Positions 10,031 through 19,063 of a stretch of 64,000 nucleotides of DNA are shown here, one piece after another (the stretch's first letter is position 1; each line of letters opens with the position of its first letter). A model generated the notes under the pieces. The model did not search any database and was not told the origin of the DNA. It saw only the letters and a list, made by a program, of their open reading frames with translations. Origin of the DNA: Pseudomonadota bacterium (GTDB lineage Bacteria > Desulfobacterota > Binatia > UBA12015); the NCBI GenBank assembly GCA_005777805.1, contig SXLG01000018.1, positions 10,051 through 74,050 on the forward strand, given 5' to 3'. Position numbers and translations under genes: made by a program.

Positions 10031-10914
10031 CCGTCGCGCTCTCCCTCGAGCACGCGCAACAGGTAGCGCCCGTAGCTCGTGCCGGCCAAGGGCTCGGCGA
10101 GGCGCTGTACGTCGGCGGCCTCGATCCAGCCCATGCGCCAGGCGATCTCTTCGAGACAGGCAACCTTGAGCCCCTGCCGTTCCTCGATCGCCTGGACGAA
10201 GTTGGACGCCTGCAGCAGGGCGTCGTGCGTGCCGGTGTCGAGCCAGGCAATGCCACGGCCGAGCCGCTCGACGGCGAGCTGACCGCGCTCGAGATACTGG
10301 CGATTGACGTCGGTGATCTCGAGCTCGCAGCGCGCTGAAGGCCGGAGTCGCGCGGCGATGTCAACCACCGATGAGTCGTAGACGTAGAGCCCGGTCACGG
10401 CCCACGCCGAACGCGGCGCCTGCGGCTTTTCCTCGAGCGACACGGCACGGCCCGCGCCGTCGAACTCGACCACGCCGTAGCGCTCGGGATCGGCGACCTG
10501 ATAGCCGAAGACCGTGGCCCCGTTCTCGCGTGTGGCCACTGTGCGCAGTGTCTCGGTGAAGCCGTGGCCGTAGAAGAGGTTGTCGCCCAGCGCCAGCGCC
10601 ACGCGCCCGCCCTCGACGCGGTCGCGCGCGATCAGAAAGGCCTGGGCGATTCCCTCGGGCCGCGCTTGCTCGCGGAAGCTCAGCTGGATGCCGAGATCCG
10701 CACCGTCGCCGAGCAGGCGCTCGAACGCCGGTCGGTCGGCCGGAGTGGTGATCACGACGATGTCGCGGATCCCCGCCAGCATGAGCGTCGAGAGCGGATA
10801 ATAGACAAGTGGCTTGTCGTAGATCGGAACGAGTTGCTTGCTTACCGCGCGTGTCACCGGGTGGAGGCGGGTGCCGGCGCCGCCGGCCAGCAGGATGCCG
10901 CGCAAGGGTGTCAT
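10027..10914 (-). CDS. rmlA: Glucose-1-phosphate thymidylyltransferase
   Basis: [44 protein letters not shown]. Overlaps rmlB by 4 bp. Confidence 0.95.
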   Translation of the reverse strand: MTPLRGILLAGGAGTRLHPVTRAVSKQLVPIYDKPLVYYPLSTLMLAGIRDIVVITTPADRPAFERLLGDGADLGIQLSFREQARPEGIAQAFLIARDRVEGGRVALALGDNLFYGHGFTETLRTVATRENGATVFGYQVADPERYGVVEFDGAGRAVSLEEKPQAPRSAWAVTGLYVYDSSVVDIAARLRPSARCELEITDVNRQYLERGQLAVERLGRGIAWLDTGTHDALLQASNFVQAIEERQGLKVACLEEIAWRMGWIEAADVQRLAEPLAGTSYGRYLLRVLEGERDG

Positions 10915-12005
10915 GAGGCTGCTCCCGAGTTGAGTCCGAGGCGCTCGCGGTCATATTGCCCGCCGGTGACCGTCGCGCACCAGGCGCGGTTGGCGAGATA
11001 CCAGGCCACGGTTTCGGCGAGCGCTTGCTCGAAGGTATGGCGCGGTGTCCAGCCGAGCTCGCGGCGCGCCTTCTGGCCGTCGATCGCGTAACGGCGATCG
11101 TGTCCCGGCCGGTCGGCCACGCGGGTTTGGAGTCCGGCGTAGGACGCGAGCCCGCGTGCCCGCAGGGCGGGGTTGTCGCGCGCCGGCAGACGGTCTTCGA
11201 GCAGGCGGCAGAGCAGGGCCACGATCTCGAGGTTGGTGCGCTCGTTGCCACCGCCCAGGTTGTAGGTCTCACCCGGCCGGCCGCGCTCGAGCACCGCCAG
11301 GATGCCCTCGCAGTGGTCTTCGACGTAGATCCAGTCGCGCACGTTGCCGCCGTCGCCGTAGATCGGCAGGTCGCGGCCCTCGATGGCGTTGAGCAGCATG
11401 AGCGGGATCAATTTTTCCGGAAACTGGCGCGGTCCGAAATTGTTCGAGCAATTGGTGACCAGCGTGGGCAGGCCGAAGCTGCGGTGCCAGGCGCGCACCA
11501 GATGGTCGGCCGCCGCCTTGGTTGCCGAGTAGGGCGAGCTCGGGTCGTAGGGCGTGGTCTCGCTGAAGGCACCTGTCGGACCGAGGCTGCCGAAGACCTC
11601 GTCGGTCGAGACGTGCAGCAGGCGGAAATTGTCGCGCGCGGGGCCAGAGAGGCTCGCGGTGTAGGCGCGCGCTGACTCGAGCAGCTCGAACGCTCCCAGG
11701 GTGTTGCTGTGCACGAAGGCCCGCGGGCCATCGATCGAGCGGTCAACATGAGATTCGGCGGCGAAGTTGACCAGCCAGTGCGGGCGATGGTGGGCGAGCA
11801 GGCGATCGACCAGGGCGCGGTCGGTGATGTCGCCGTGCACCAGCTCGAAGCGCCCGCCGGCGTCGAGGCCGTCGAGCGAGGCCCGGTGGCCGGCGTAGGT
11901 GAGCGCGTCCAGCACGATCACGCGGGCTCCGGTCTCGCGCAGGGCGAGGCGGACGAAGCACGAGCCGATGAAGCCCGCGCCGCCGGTGACGAGGATCACG
12001 TCCAT
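10911..12005 (-). CDS. rmlB: dTDP-glucose 4,6-dehydratase
   Basis: The ATG at 12005 gives [15 protein letters not shown].., with YSATKAA and [14 protein letters not shown] further in. The 584-aa ORF-track form carries about 220 aa of non-protein-like R/P/A sequence upstream. Confidence 0.95.
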   Translation of the reverse strand: MDVILVTGGAGFIGSCFVRLALRETGARVIVLDALTYAGHRASLDGLDAGGRFELVHGDITDRALVDRLLAHHRPHWLVNFAAESHVDRSIDGPRAFVHSNTLGAFELLESARAYTASLSGPARDNFRLLHVSTDEVFGSLGPTGAFSETTPYDPSSPYSATKAAADHLVRAWHRSFGLPTLVTNCSNNFGPRQFPEKLIPLMLLNAIEGRDLPIYGDGGNVRDWIYVEDHCEGILAVLERGRPGETYNLGGGNERTNLEIVALLCRLLEDRLPARDNPALRARGLASYAGLQTRVADRPGHDRRYAIDGQKARRELGWTPRHTFEQALAETVAWYLANRAWCATVTGGQYDRERLGLNSGAAS

Positions 12006-12309
12006 CCCACGGGCCGAATAACCGAGCCACGCCGGGGCAGCCACCGGGGCGCGGGAGCGGATGAGGCCGGGATCGCCGGAGCGGGCGGCACGCCATCGGC
12101 GGCAAGGCCGACCGACATCGGCCTGCCTGGAATCGTTGCCGGGCCTGCACGCCACGTCGCGGGTGGCAAAGTGACGCGGAGCGCGCGGGGCGATCACATG
12201 AGGCCGGGGTTGCAAGGCCCGCGCGCCACGTCGTGGACCGCGATCTGCGGGGTCCCTGCCGGGGCGAGGAACTCCATGTCGCCGTGCCCGTGTTGTGCGT
12301 GTTGGCTTT

Positions 12310-12422
12310 GCTCCTGATCGGACGCGGGTCGGGCTCTTCCGCGAGGTGACATCCGAGCCCGTCTTGTGCGCAGCGATTACGACCGCTCCTGATCGGACTT
12401 GGGCCGGGCTCCTTCGGGAAGG
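12310..12422. repeat. Direct repeat pair (about 37 bp, offset 75 bp) in the rmlB upstream region
   Basis: gctcctgatcggacgcgggtcgggctc.. at 12310 and gctcctgatcggacttgggccgggctc.. at 12385; the first 14 nt are identical. Further degenerate copies of cacgcca[ct]cg..gg lie near 12089, 12148 and 12224. Confidence 0.6.
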
Positions 12423-12430
12423 GCGGGCGC

Positions 12431-14014
12431 TTACCGATGTGGGTCGGAGAGCAGATCGGCCAGCGTCTTCACCGGCTGGAAGACGTCGCGCGGGATTTCG
12501 ACGAAGACGCTGAGCCAGCCGGCCATCGCGCCGTTCCAGAGGCCGGGGTGCTCGAGCGCGCGCAGCGTCCGACCGGCGTTGGATTTGGTGGTGACGAAAG
12601 CCGCGAGCGGATCGACGAAGTCCGCCAGCGCGTGTGGCCGGCCGTGGTGGTCGCCGAGTGCACACACCATGTCGGTGGGGTTGAAATGAGTCGAGCGGCG
12701 GAGGATCGCGAGTTGTTCGGGCGAGTCCTGGGCGATCTGGGCCGTCTCGACAATTTGTGGCCTGACGTTGCCCGCAGCATCGCGGACCCAGAAGGGGCCA
12801 CCGCCGGGGTCGCCGGTGTTGCGCACCATGCCGCAGACCCGCAGCGGGCGAGCGATCGCGCGCAGGAGTGCGGCCCGTTGGGTCGTGACGTCTGCGCTGG
12901 ACCCGAGCGCCGGCGCTACGACGGATCCTGGCGCCCAGCGCTCGAGCCAGCGCTGCGCACTGCTCGGTGCTGCCGCGTCGTCGCGATCCTCGAGCCGTCG
13001 TGCCAAGGCATGGGCCTCGTCGGCGAGCAGTGCGGTGAGGCCCGTGAGCCGCCGCCGCGAGGCGACCGCGTTCACGCGATGCCTCTCCGGCGCGACGTTG
13101 TCGATATTCTTGATCAACACCAGGTCACCCCTGGTCGCTTCCAAATTACCAAGCAGCGCGCCGTGCCCACCGGGGCGGAAGAGCACGCGCCCTTCGCTGT
13201 CGCGACACAGCGACCCGTCGCCGGCGAGCGCGATCGTGTCGGTTGACGGGCTCTGGGTCGAGAACCCAACCGCGAACCGAACCCCGCGTACAGCCTCGAA
13301 GGCCGCGCGTGCACGCGTCAGCTCGGCCTCGAAGTCGGCGCGATAGGTTTCGGTGATCGTGAAGTGGAGCCGGACCTGGCGCGACTCGTCGGCGACCAGA
13401 TCTGACGCCTCCAGCAGGTGTTCGACAAAGGCCGAGCGGGGGCCGGCCGGGGTACGGTGGAAGGGCAGCAGTCCCTTGGGGCGAGCGGCCGCGTCGAGTC
13501 CGCTCGCGTCGAGCAGGGCCGCCAGCAGATCGCCGCAGTGCCCGGCGGCGAGGCAGTCGTCGAGATTCGAATTTCGGCTGGCGAGCACGGTGGCGAGAGC
13601 CTCGGCGAGCGCCAACTCGCGCACGCGCTCGAGTGTGGCGAGGCAGGACTGCGCGTCCGCGTCGCCGTCCCGGGCCGCCGCTTCGAGTGCTGCGCGTGAA
13701 CCGTCGCCAATGCCGCGCGCCACGGTGAGGCTCTGAAACATCCGGCTCGCAGCCCCCGAGGCCGGCACGAAAGAGAGCAGGCGCCCGGCCGCTGCCGCAG
13801 CGGCCCACGCGCTGTCGGCGGCTTCGTCTTCGGCCGCCGTGGTTGCGTGAATGCCGTCGCCCGGCGTGCAGGCCCGCACCAGTTCGGCAGGCGGCGGCGG
13901 CGTTGCGAGCAGGGCTCTCTGGCGTTCGATCTCAGACCTCGAGAGGCCGTGCCGCGTGATCTCGGCGAGATCCATCGCGCCGAGAGCGGTCGGGTTGGAA
14001 TCGGGGGAACTCAT
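12431..14014 (-). CDS. DUF4301-like protein (uncharacterised)
   Basis: 527 aa. N-terminal ITRHGLSRSEIERQ.. and the block SFVPASGAASRMF match my memory of DUF4301. Also LLPFHRT, PGGHGALL, IKNIDN. The start ATG overlaps the cupin stop (ATGA). Confidence 0.6.
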   Translation of the reverse strand: MSSPDSNPTALGAMDLAEITRHGLSRSEIERQRALLATPPPPAELVRACTPGDGIHATTAAEDEAADSAWAAAAAAGRLLSFVPASGAASRMFQSLTVARGIGDGSRAALEAAARDGDADAQSCLATLERVRELALAEALATVLASRNSNLDDCLAAGHCGDLLAALLDASGLDAAARPKGLLPFHRTPAGPRSAFVEHLLEASDLVADESRQVRLHFTITETYRADFEAELTRARAAFEAVRGVRFAVGFSTQSPSTDTIALAGDGSLCRDSEGRVLFRPGGHGALLGNLEATRGDLVLIKNIDNVAPERHRVNAVASRRRLTGLTALLADEAHALARRLEDRDDAAAPSSAQRWLERWAPGSVVAPALGSSADVTTQRAALLRAIARPLRVCGMVRNTGDPGGGPFWVRDAAGNVRPQIVETAQIAQDSPEQLAILRRSTHFNPTDMVCALGDHHGRPHALADFVDPLAAFVTTKSNAGRTLRALEHPGLWNGAMAGWLSVFVEIPRDVFQPVKTLADLLSDPHR

Positions 14015-14469
14015 GGCGCGGGCTCCTCGACCGCGACGCGGTCGGCCGGGTCGTAGGGGGGCGTGAACACCGAAATCCCCTGGAAGATCTCTGCCCCTTC
14101 GACGCGCGCTGAGTGCGGCGTACCGGCCGGGACGACGAGCACGTCTCCGGGGCCGGCAAGGGTCCGGGCCTCGCCCACGCGAATCCGCGCATGTCCATCA
14201 AGGACGATGATGATCTCCTCGTGGTGCCGGTGCAGGTGGCCGGCCATGCCTCCGGTCATCTGCCAGAAGTTGCTCGAGGTCTGCTTCGTGCGAGCGATTT
14301 CGGCGACGGTGGCCGGGCGTGAGCGGTCGTGCGGATGGCGAGCGCGCATGTCCTCGGCCGTGATGACGGACCCGGCGCGATCCGCAGCGGCGTCCGCGGC
14401 GGTGGCGGTGGCGGTGAGGATCGCCAGCAAGAGCATGAGCGCGGGGCCCGATCGTCGTTGCCTCGCCAC
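14011..14469 (-). CDS. Secreted cupin-domain protein
   Basis: GTG start. Signal peptide MARQRRSGPALMLLLAILTATATAADA. Cupin_2-like core: HLHRHHEEIIIVLDGHARIRVGE..GDVLVVPAGTPHS. Confidence 0.75.
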   Translation of the reverse strand: MARQRRSGPALMLLLAILTATATAADAAADRAGSVITAEDMRARHPHDRSRPATVAEIARTKQTSSNFWQMTGGMAGHLHRHHEEIIIVLDGHARIRVGEARTLAGPGDVLVVPAGTPHSARVEGAEIFQGISVFTPPYDPADRVAVEEPAP

Positions 14470-14486
14470 CGCCGGCTCTGGCTAGC

Positions 14487-14503
14487 ACGGGTGCGCGACC
14501 CGT
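14487..14503. promoter_or_regulatory. 6-5-6 inverted repeat, candidate TetR operator
   Basis: ACGGGT-gcgcg-ACCCGT lies 18 nt upstream of the cupin start, inside the cupin/TetR divergent region (14470-14665). Confidence 0.25.
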
Positions 14504-14665
14504 CGAAGCGCCCGATGGCCGGCGTGTCGGGAGTAGTCTGGCCGCTTGCGGCTACCGGGTGCGGCTCTCGCCGATCGCTCGCCGTGCAGGCGGCCGGCCG
14601 GTCGCTTGCCGCTGTCGCCGCCGCGGGGGATAGATGCTCGTGCGCCGACCCGCTGCGTGAGGGCC

Positions 14666-15313
14666 ATGAGCAATCCACTTGAGAACTCCGCTCCGCCGCC
14701 CGAGCCCGAGGCCGTCTCGACCCGCGAGCGTATCCTCGAGGTGGCGGAGACGCTCTTTGCGGAACGCGGCTTTGCTGCGGTCTCGGTGCGCGATATCGCC
14801 GCCGGTGTCGGTCTCAACCAGGCGAGTCTCTACAACCATTTTCCGAGCAAGCAGGCGCTCTACGAGGCGGTGCTCGAGGGCGGCCTGGCGCCGATTCAGA
14901 GAATCATCGCCGAGGCGGCGCGAGGGGTTGAATCCGAGCCCGCCGGTGATCGCTTTCTGGTGGCCTTGCTCGACCATCTCTGCGCGCGCCCCCACTTGCC
15001 CAAACTGCTGCAGCGCGAGGTGCTTGACGACGATGAGATCTTCGACCGGCTGGCCACGAAATGGCTCGAACCGATCTTCGCCGAGGGCCGGGCGACCGTG
15101 GCCTCGGCGACCTGGGGCCTGGGCTGGGACGAGCGTGAGGTGCCCTTCGCGGTACTTGCCCTCTATCACCTCATCTTTGGGCCCTTCGCGTCGCGGGCCC
15201 TGATGCGGCGCTTGAGCGGCGTCGATCCGCTCGATCCGGCGGCGCGTCCGGTGCTGGTCGAGTTTCTCAAACGCGCCACGCGCCAGCTCATGGAGCTCGA
15301 TTCCAGCGCCTGA
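14666..15313 (+). CDS. TetR-family transcriptional regulator
   Basis: The ATG at 14666 gives MSNPLEN..TRERILEVAETLFAERGFAAVSVRDIAAGVGLNQASLYNHFPSKQALY, a classic TetR helix-turn-helix. Confidence 0.9.
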   Translation: MSNPLENSAPPPEPEAVSTRERILEVAETLFAERGFAAVSVRDIAAGVGLNQASLYNHFPSKQALYEAVLEGGLAPIQRIIAEAARGVESEPAGDRFLVALLDHLCARPHLPKLLQREVLDDDEIFDRLATKWLEPIFAEGRATVASATWGLGWDEREVPFAVLALYHLIFGPFASRALMRRLSGVDPLDPAARPVLVEFLKRATRQLMELDSSA

Positions 15314-16229
15314 GCGCGGGCCGTAGCGATTCACCGTCGAGCAGCCAGTGATCCCAGAATTCGAGTGCCCGGTCGATGCGCTCCTCCGCCAGCGAATGGT
15401 CGTCGTCGGGGAACTCGATCCACTCGAAGCGGTCGGTGGCGTCGGCGGCGGCGTAGGCGGCACGCAACGCAGCCGCCGTGTGCTCGACGCAGGCCCGTGG
15501 GATCGCCCGGTCGCGGGCTCCGGTCATGAGGAGCAGTGGTCGCGGCGGCAGGCTCTCTGCGGCCCGCACGGGCTCGATGCGCGCGAGTTCGGCGGCGTAG
15601 TCCGGATCGAGGGGCAGGGTGTCGTCGCCCGTCCAGCGCGGGTCGTCGGCGAATGCGAGCCGCGACGAGCGCAGAAAGCGGAAATAGTCGCCGCAGGCGA
15701 CCTGCACGACGGCCGAGCCGAGCCCGCGGTCGCGCACCATCGCCTGCAGAGCGATGAAGCCGCTGGTCGAGCTGCCGGCAATCGAAATCCGCTCGGCATC
15801 GACGAAGGGGTTGCGGGCGAGGACGTCGAGGACACGCGGCAGCGAGTGCTCGGCGTCCTGGGTGATGAAGCCGAACCAGCCCTTGCCGACGATGCCCGGT
15901 CGCGGCGCGCGCAGGAGCCATTCGCCGACGGCCTCGTCATCTTTGGGTGGGACGTCCCGGGCCGCGTCGGCTGCACCCGCGGCGCGCGCGCGCAGCGGCA
16001 GCAGCGTCTCCCAGTGCGTCCGGAAGCGGGCGACACCGATACCGCGCTCGAGCAGGAGGCGGCTCTCGATGATCGGCGAGATGACCACGGGGCGGGGCGG
16101 TGGGAAGCCGCTCGGGATCTCGAGGTCTATGGTGACCCAGCCGCCAGCGACCGTCTCGTGGAAATCGCGCACGTCGGGACGTGGCGCGGGTGCGGTGGTG
16201 GTGGCCGCCGCAGACGCCCGCGCCAGCAT
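15288..16229 (-). CDS. Alpha/beta-hydrolase (dienelactone hydrolase / S9-like) exported protein
   Basis: ERISIAGSSTSGFIALQ nucleophile-elbow region, PLLLMTGARDRAIP, and FPDDDHSL (His). The start is uncertain: ATG at 16229, or a GTG farther upstream that would include the duplicated hydrophobic segment. Confidence 0.7.
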   Translation of the reverse strand: MLARASAAATTTAPAPRPDVRDFHETVAGGWVTIDLEIPSGFPPPRPVVISPIIESRLLLERGIGVARFRTHWETLLPLRARAAGAADAARDVPPKDDEAVGEWLLRAPRPGIVGKGWFGFITQDAEHSLPRVLDVLARNPFVDAERISIAGSSTSGFIALQAMVRDRGLGSAVVQVACGDYFRFLRSSRLAFADDPRWTGDDTLPLDPDYAAELARIEPVRAAESLPPRPLLLMTGARDRAIPRACVEHTAAALRAAYAAADATDRFEWIEFPDDDHSLAEERIDRALEFWDHWLLDGESLRPALRRWNRAP

Positions 16230-16240
16230 GAGCAGCCCCA

Positions 16241-16346
16241 GCAGCAGGGCCGCGATCGCCGCGCCGTCGCGCTGAGCGGGGGGCGAGGCGGGTTCACCAC
16301 GCGCGCCGGCGAGCAGCAGGGCCACGACCGCCGCGCCGTAGCGCTG
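16241..16346. repeat. 72-bp-offset direct repeat (34 bp, 3 mismatches) across the divergent 5' ends
   Basis: gcagcagggccgcgatcgccgcgccgtcgcgctg (16241-16274) versus gcagcagggccacgaccgccgcgccgtagcgctg (16313-16346). On the minus strand these read QRDGAAIAALLL and QRYGAAVVALLL. Confidence 0.7.
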
Positions 16347-16358
16347 GTCGCGCTGGCG

Positions 16359-17018
16359 ATGGCGCTGAGCCTCGCTGGCCTCGCGGCCTGCGCTGCGCCG
16401 CGCCGCGCCGAGGACAGTGCGAGTGCGGCCCGGATCGTACGGCGCTCCACGGCCGAGGTCTCCTTCGGTTGGCCGGGCTCCTGGGAGTGGCGGCTCGAAG
16501 TCGCGCCGGGCGGGGCGTTCGTCTGGAGCCTTGCGACCGCCGGCGAGGAGCAGACGCTCGCCTTCGACGGTCGTGCCGCCTCGTATCGTCTCGGCGGCGC
16601 GGAACTTGCGCGTGACGAGACTCCGGCCGAGGCTCTCTCGGTGGCGCGCTTCCTCATGGCCTCCTATGCCGGCTTGCTGCCCCTGCCCGCGAGTGTTCGG
16701 CGCGAGCGGTCGAGCGGTTCGCGCCGTGAGCGACTGGTCTTCGCCGTGGGGGAGAGCTGGGAGATCGCGCGCGACGCACGCGGCCGGGTCGTCGAGGCGC
16801 GCGGTCCGATCCGTCTGCCGACGGTCGGCAGCGGGCCCCTCGTGGCGCGCTTTACCGACTTCCGTCCGGTGGATGGTGTCGAGCTGCCGTTTGCCATCGA
16901 GCTGACGATCGGCGGCCGGCCGTTTGCGCGTGAGAAGGTGATCGACCATCGGCCCGAGGGCCGCATAAGGCCGATCCCGACTTCAGTCCATCCCGAGCTT
17001 GGCGCGTCCGGCGGGTGA
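16359..17018 (+). CDS. Hypothetical lipoprotein
   Basis: Only the 3' third of the 556-aa ORF 15348..17018 looks coding. MALSLAGLAAC gives an L-A-A-C lipobox from the ATG at 16359. High GC3 and a protein-like sequence with no obvious low-complexity runs (..WEWRLEVAPGGAFVWSL..FTDFRPVDGVELPFAIE..). The 3' end overlaps the convergent SufT-like gene by 36 nt. Confidence 0.5.
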   Translation: MALSLAGLAACAAPRRAEDSASAARIVRRSTAEVSFGWPGSWEWRLEVAPGGAFVWSLATAGEEQTLAFDGRAASYRLGGAELARDETPAEALSVARFLMASYAGLLPLPASVRRERSSGSRRERLVFAVGESWEIARDARGRVVEARGPIRLPTVGSGPLVARFTDFRPVDGVELPFAIELTIGGRPFAREKVIDHRPEGRIRPIPTSVHPELGASGG

Positions 17019-17546
17019 GATCATGTTGGGATTCCACTGCGGCTGCCAGACCAACTCGACATCGGCTTCTTCGATGTTCGGCAGCGAGAGAATCTTGTGG
17101 CGCGCATCGGCGGCGATCGAGGCGCCCATGCCACAGCCCGGTGCGGTGAGCGTCATCTTGATGTCGACCCGGTGATGTTCGGTGCCGGCCGGCGAGATCG
17201 TCATGTCGTAGACCAGCCCGAGGTCGACGATAGTGACCGGGATCTCGGGGTCGTAGCAGCTACGCAGTTGCTGCCAGACCAGCGTCTCCAGGGTGCCGGG
17301 ATCGAGATCGCCCTCTGCGGGCGCGACCGGGTGGGCCGCTTCGACCGGTGGCTCCAACCCGACGGCATCGGCATCGCGATCCGAGATCCGCACCAACCCG
17401 CCGTAGTCGGGGACGTGCAAGGTGTACGACCCGCCGAGGGCCTGGGTGACCACCGCGCGCGTGCCGCCGCGCAGGAGCACCGTGGTTCCCGCCGGCACCA
17501 GCACGGCCTCGCAGTCGCGCGTCAGTTCGATCCACTCCTGTGCCAT
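16983..17546 (-). CDS. DUF59/MIP18-family Fe-S assembly protein (SufT-like, long form)
   Basis: ATG at 17546 preceded by GGAGGTCTCAACC. The C-terminal DUF59 core reads LRSCYDPEIPVTIVDLGLVYD..LTAPGCGMG. The N-terminal domain (IELTRDCEAVLVPAGTTVLL..) resembles long SufT. Confidence 0.75.
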   Translation of the reverse strand: MAQEWIELTRDCEAVLVPAGTTVLLRGGTRAVVTQALGGSYTLHVPDYGGLVRISDRDADAVGLEPPVEAAHPVAPAEGDLDPGTLETLVWQQLRSCYDPEIPVTIVDLGLVYDMTISPAGTEHHRVDIKMTLTAPGCGMGASIAADARHKILSLPNIEEADVELVWQPQWNPNMISPAGRAKLGMD

Positions 17547-17694
17547 GGTTGAGACCTCCGTGCCGGGGATGCCCCGGGCCATTCCTACCTAACGAGTCGG
17601 GGATGCCATTTCGATCCCCGCTGGCAGCGAATCGTGTTTCGAGTTAACGAATCGTGATTCGGAAGTTGGGAGTCCAAGCGGGAGGGCAGGGACG

Positions 17695-18825
17695 ATGGCA
17701 TACGAGCATGGCCGGATCAGCGACGAGGGCATCGAGAAGCTGCGCCAACGGATCGGGCAGGGCTTCGAGGGCCGCCAACCCTGGCGGACCGAGGTCAACC
17801 GCGACACCTGCTGGCACCTGGCCCACGCGGTCGGCGACCTGAGCCCGCTCTACACCGATCCCGAGTACGCCCGGCGCACGCGCTGGGGCCGGCAGGTCTG
17901 CCCGGGAATCGTGCTGCGCTGCTTCGACACCCTGAGCGCGCCGGGTTCGGCGGGCTTGCCCGAGGGGCTGCCCGGGGTGCACTCAATCTGGTCGGGCTCG
18001 AACTACGAATGGGCGCGTCCGGTCATGGCCGGTGATCGCATCACCTCGCGCTCCTATTTGAAGGACGTCGTCGAGAAGGAGAGTCGCTTCACCGACGGCC
18101 GCACTGTCTATCAGACCTACGAGGCCGTCTATCACACGCTCGAGGGCGAGTATCTCGGCAAGCGCTCCGACACCTACATGCGCGCCGACCGCAACAAGAC
18201 GCGCGATACTAGCAAGTATAAGGAGCAGGACACGCTTGCGAGCTGGACGCCCGAGCAGGTCGCCGACTTCATGGCCGAATATGAGCGCGAGGAGCGCACT
18301 CGCGAGCGTTTCTTCGAGGATGTGCGGGTGGGCGAGAGTCTCGGCCGGGTCATCAAGGGGCCGCTCACCGGGACTGCCGAGATCGCCTTCGAGTCGTGCT
18401 TCGGCATGTACCTGATTGGCAACAACGTGGCGGCGAAGGCCTGGCGCAACCATCCGATGCTCATGGTGCCGAACGAGCAGGGCGTGCCCGAGCCGCCGCA
18501 GCGCGTGCACTGGGACAACCGCTTCACGCAGGAGACGCTCGGCTTGGCCGGCGCCTATGACCTTGGGCTCGAGCGGCTTGCGTGGATGTGCCACGCCGCG
18601 ACCAACTGGATGGGCGACAACGCTCACCTGGCCTCGGTCGAGGCGCGCTACAAGCGCTTCAATTATCTGGGTGATGTGACCTGGGCCACGGGCAAGGTGG
18701 TCGAGACCCTCGAGCGCGACGGCCGCAAGCTCGCGAAGCTCGATCTCTGGACCGAGAACCACCGCGGTCAGGTGACCGCTCAGGCCGTGGCCGAGGTCGA
18801 GTTGCCCTCGCGCGCGGGACGCTGA
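17695..18825 (+). CDS. Double hotdog-fold (MaoC/FAS1-like) dehydratase
   Basis: 376 aa. The N-terminal half (..WHLAHAVGDLSPLYTDPEYA..) and the C-terminal half (..YKRFNYLGDVTWATGKVVE..) each resemble hotdog dehydratase halves. An RBS-like GGGAGGG lies upstream. Confidence 0.7.
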   Translation: MAYEHGRISDEGIEKLRQRIGQGFEGRQPWRTEVNRDTCWHLAHAVGDLSPLYTDPEYARRTRWGRQVCPGIVLRCFDTLSAPGSAGLPEGLPGVHSIWSGSNYEWARPVMAGDRITSRSYLKDVVEKESRFTDGRTVYQTYEAVYHTLEGEYLGKRSDTYMRADRNKTRDTSKYKEQDTLASWTPEQVADFMAEYEREERTRERFFEDVRVGESLGRVIKGPLTGTAEIAFESCFGMYLIGNNVAAKAWRNHPMLMVPNEQGVPEPPQRVHWDNRFTQETLGLAGAYDLGLERLAWMCHAATNWMGDNAHLASVEARYKRFNYLGDVTWATGKVVETLERDGRKLAKLDLWTENHRGQVTAQAVAEVELPSRAGR

Positions 18826-18962
18826 GTCGGCCACCTCCGCCGGGAGATCACACTGCGTCCGCAGCGCTCCGATGCCACGGAGTAGCGACCGGTTCAGCGT
18901 CAGAACAGAATCGGAGGAGGAGGAGTGCCGTCGCTTGCGGGATGAGCCGGGGACCCGCTTCG

Positions 18963-19063
18963 TCTCCGATCACAGCGCTCTGGCGCCCCTTGCCACCTCG
19001 GGGGTGTCGCTGTCCGCCAGCTCTCCGATCCCCGCGGACTAGCGTTCCCTTGCCGGCCCGAGG
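18963..19063. repeat. Degenerate direct repeat pair (about 41 bp, offset 59 bp) upstream of the 19221 gene
   Basis: tctccgatcacagcgctctggcgccccttgccacctcgggg (18963) versus tctccgatccccgcggactagcgttcccttgccggcccgagg (19022), roughly 70% identity. A weaker related segment, gcgctccgatgccacgg, lies near 18865. Confidence 0.5.

Noticed and set aside
10911-12665. Over-long ORF-track versions of real genes: 584-aa rmlB, 333-aa rmlD (8637..9638), 624-aa GT2 (50511..52385), 380-aa secreted protein (46999..48141), 385-aa ZIP (42562..43719), 553-aa hydrolase (15288..16949)
   Set aside because: Homology and normal amino-acid composition begin at internal start codons (12005, 9461, 51410, 47652, 43368, about 16229), several with RBS-like sequences or 4-bp coupling overlaps. 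The upstream extensions are R/P/A-rich or overlap other genes.
15348-16358. 5' two-thirds of the 556-aa plus-strand ORF 15348..17018
   Set aside because: This part is antisense to the alpha/beta hydrolase and looks like shadow sequence. Only the segment from the lipobox-bearing ATG at 16359 onward is protein-like.
16983-17018. 36-nt 3'-end overlap of the convergent lipoprotein and SufT-like genes as a regulatory antisense feature
   Set aside because: Short convergent overlaps are common in compact GC-rich genomes. The lipoprotein's exact end depends only on the first stop codon. There is no additional evidence of function.
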